Source: Owenia fusiformis
Lineage: Eukaryota
Reading direction: 5' to 3'
Assembly: GCA_903813345.2 (NCBI GenBank)
Contig: CAIIXF020000001.1
Coordinates: forward strand, 28,148,001-28,212,000
DNA length: 64,000 nucleotides
Part shown: positions 63,301 to 64,000 of the stretch, one piece after another
How positions within the stretch are numbered: the stretch's first letter is position 1
Layout of the letters: every line of letters starts with the position of its first letter
Position numbers and translations under genes: made by a program
Notes under the pieces: model-generated
Database searches by the model: none
What the model saw: the letters and a program-made list of their open reading frames with translations, nothing else
What the model was told of the DNA's origin: nothing

Positions 63301-64000
63301 ATATCTGGTGTCAAACTTGTGGGAGTCATAGTAGTCAAGCTGGCCACAGTGAGATTCTTATTAGGGGCCGTCTTTTCTGGGGAGGGCTTCAGTAGGGGTA
63401 GCTGTGATGGGGCAGGTGGCTGGGGCAAAGGGACAAATGAAGGATAGGGCAGGCTGTTGCTAACAAAACTTGGGGTAGTGCTGGTTGACCCTATCGATGT
63501 GCCATCATATACACCATGCTTATTAGCTTTGTGTGTTTTAAGGAAATATTTGTTGCAGAATTCACGGTCGCAAAGCTCGCAGTAGGCATCCTGATGAAAT
63601 ATACGAGAGCCCTTACCACTACTGTCGCTACCATTGGAGTTAACAGGTAGGCCCTCCAGCATGCCCTCCATTGTCTGGCTCTGACTCTGGAATGGAGGTG
63701 ATGGGGGGTTACTCAAGGTTTGAGAGTCCTGATCATCTGCACGGTGAGATTCTGGCTTAATAGACTGGTAAAACTCATTACCAAGCTGGTGATATTTTGT
63801 GGGGAATTGCTCCTGGGGCTCGGGCTCATTTGTTATGTTCTCTTTCATGTGAACACTCTCGATATGTGTGTTAAGTAAATCTTTGGTTGGAAATGTTTCT
63901 GGGCATTGAGTACAGCTGTTCATATCAGTGTCCATATCTTGCTCTTCATTTTCACTTTTGTCACTACTTACAGCTGTATCTGCATCCCCATTGGTGGGCT
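60354..64000 (-). CDS. Large multi-C2H2 zinc-finger protein, terminal coding exon; 5' end lies outside the window
   Basis: 1193-aa ORF whose frame stays open upstream of 63935 to the window edge (PTNGDADTAVSSDKSENEEQD-M); 14 dispersed C2H2 fingers separated by Pro/Gln/Ser-rich linkers. Confidence 0.95.
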   Translation of the reverse strand, partial: PTNGDADTAVSSDKSENEEQDMDTDMNSCTQCPETFPTKDLLNTHIESVHMKENITNEPEPQEQFPTKYHQLGNEFYQSIKPESHRADDQDSQTLSNPPSPPFQSQSQTMEGMLEGLPVNSNGSDSSGKGSRIFHQDAYCELCDREFCNKYFLKTHKANKHGVYDGTSIGSTSTTPSFVSNSLPYPSFVPLPQPPAPSQLPLLKPSPEKTAPNKNLTVASLTTMTPTSLTPDMEDYCDICQKHFCNKYYLKKHMKDVHNVNVEERKRQREQQKAQQQQQQKSTSRPTTSPAPSDPSPKNQALITPPQPQPQVTKIPSPQPDITSAHQSLDLSLPPPIQSMPNMTSMAESMGGVPNMSNVMFINPFMPPMAFIQAGIQQQQSMLPGQYALAPQIAAQAIQEAQLQAVLAQAQQAQAMAAEQHKQIQQAEEQAKQENSSGDSASIAHIKNVANSGAEGVQVTPERLRHINKEAFCELCFREFTNKYFLRVHKANKHGIYSEEKKSSYGGGNPESPAKASPSKDADKPEASSTKVSAEGSKTENSETTVCDICNKELTNLYSLKVHKINMHGVIHKDLAEETANLVKLEPLVNQAMTDPLLALQQSQQGTMFGSMMAAKIADRVMCELCNKEVCNKYFLKTHKQKVHGIDMSKEEASPTGTTMDTTLENTVTQLSQSVKDPVNVNIKEEGIKMELMPSQGSPKQHELKKMGIDVESYCKLCKKEFSNKYFFKTHQLNVHGIKVMKLDRPSNEASPSTTPTSPMTPNKSESGSEVASWKWKETPSNPSRVKCNICNKEVCNKYFLRTHKINKHGIYEDLISTSQPSSPGSVSSNIQGVVNTKVEQILNAGRTLAPKRTPNEDKLPNGGTPMETSDPPAKEADVCQQYFEEYTEACNLCERRFKSTKWLLTHKLRDHSGLSAAIHSKSDVNCNSSKVEKCSECQKDCPNMLALQIHLIQEHQAEVKLNSPTKSSYHLLKRKYSRSLKQKLINCSQCDYKTKWLSNIYSHEQRKHNIGKIPPGFNREHVCHHCFKSFRYGHSLQRHMARQHDQIDVAIAKSNAIVNKTLGKMSKKKFRCVHCSERFPSRQQCKLHIRESHPNAKSVKITKHGKDITAKPTSFNCNKCDFSSNRYKKLRAHIVAKHKGEAVVMSGENGNPVSYAKVTGNQGNQDSFIMQPFTVKPDGTDGAARFVTSLVYLPVMEKITESQNVTFTLNPTE

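Noticed and set aside
60732-63395. Overlapping antisense and alternative-frame ORFs (e.g. 61980-62693)
   Set aside because: Shadow ORFs of the GC-richer zinc-finger exon, with no independent evidence.

Overview
AT-rich animal genomic DNA, probably a marine lophotrochozoan judging by its repeat repertoire. It holds two convergent protein-coding genes. The first is a complete 14-exon IQ-motif/ankyrin-repeat gene (IQANK1-like, + strand, 22214-41453, about 580 aa, one GC-AG intron). The second is the large terminal coding exon of a dispersed C2H2 zinc-finger gene (- strand, 60354 to beyond 64000). The rest is dense with transposable elements. The most striking structure is a putative 18.2-kb element (3790-22026) with TAG...CTA ends, a 9-bp target-site duplication, a separate hairpin at each end and a RecQ-like helicase remnant (AcademH-like); it ends 187 bp upstream of the IQANK1 start codon. 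Also present are a tRNA-bearing miniature LTR retrotransposon (Helenus-like TRIM), three Transib-like foldback MITEs, a DD41D Tc1/mariner relic, a five-fold tandem duplication of a splice donor, and a three-level nest in intron 13 (L1/Tx1 LINE > Helentron-associated element with a 162-bp array > A-B-B-A block). All family assignments come from reading the sequence by eye; no database search was run.
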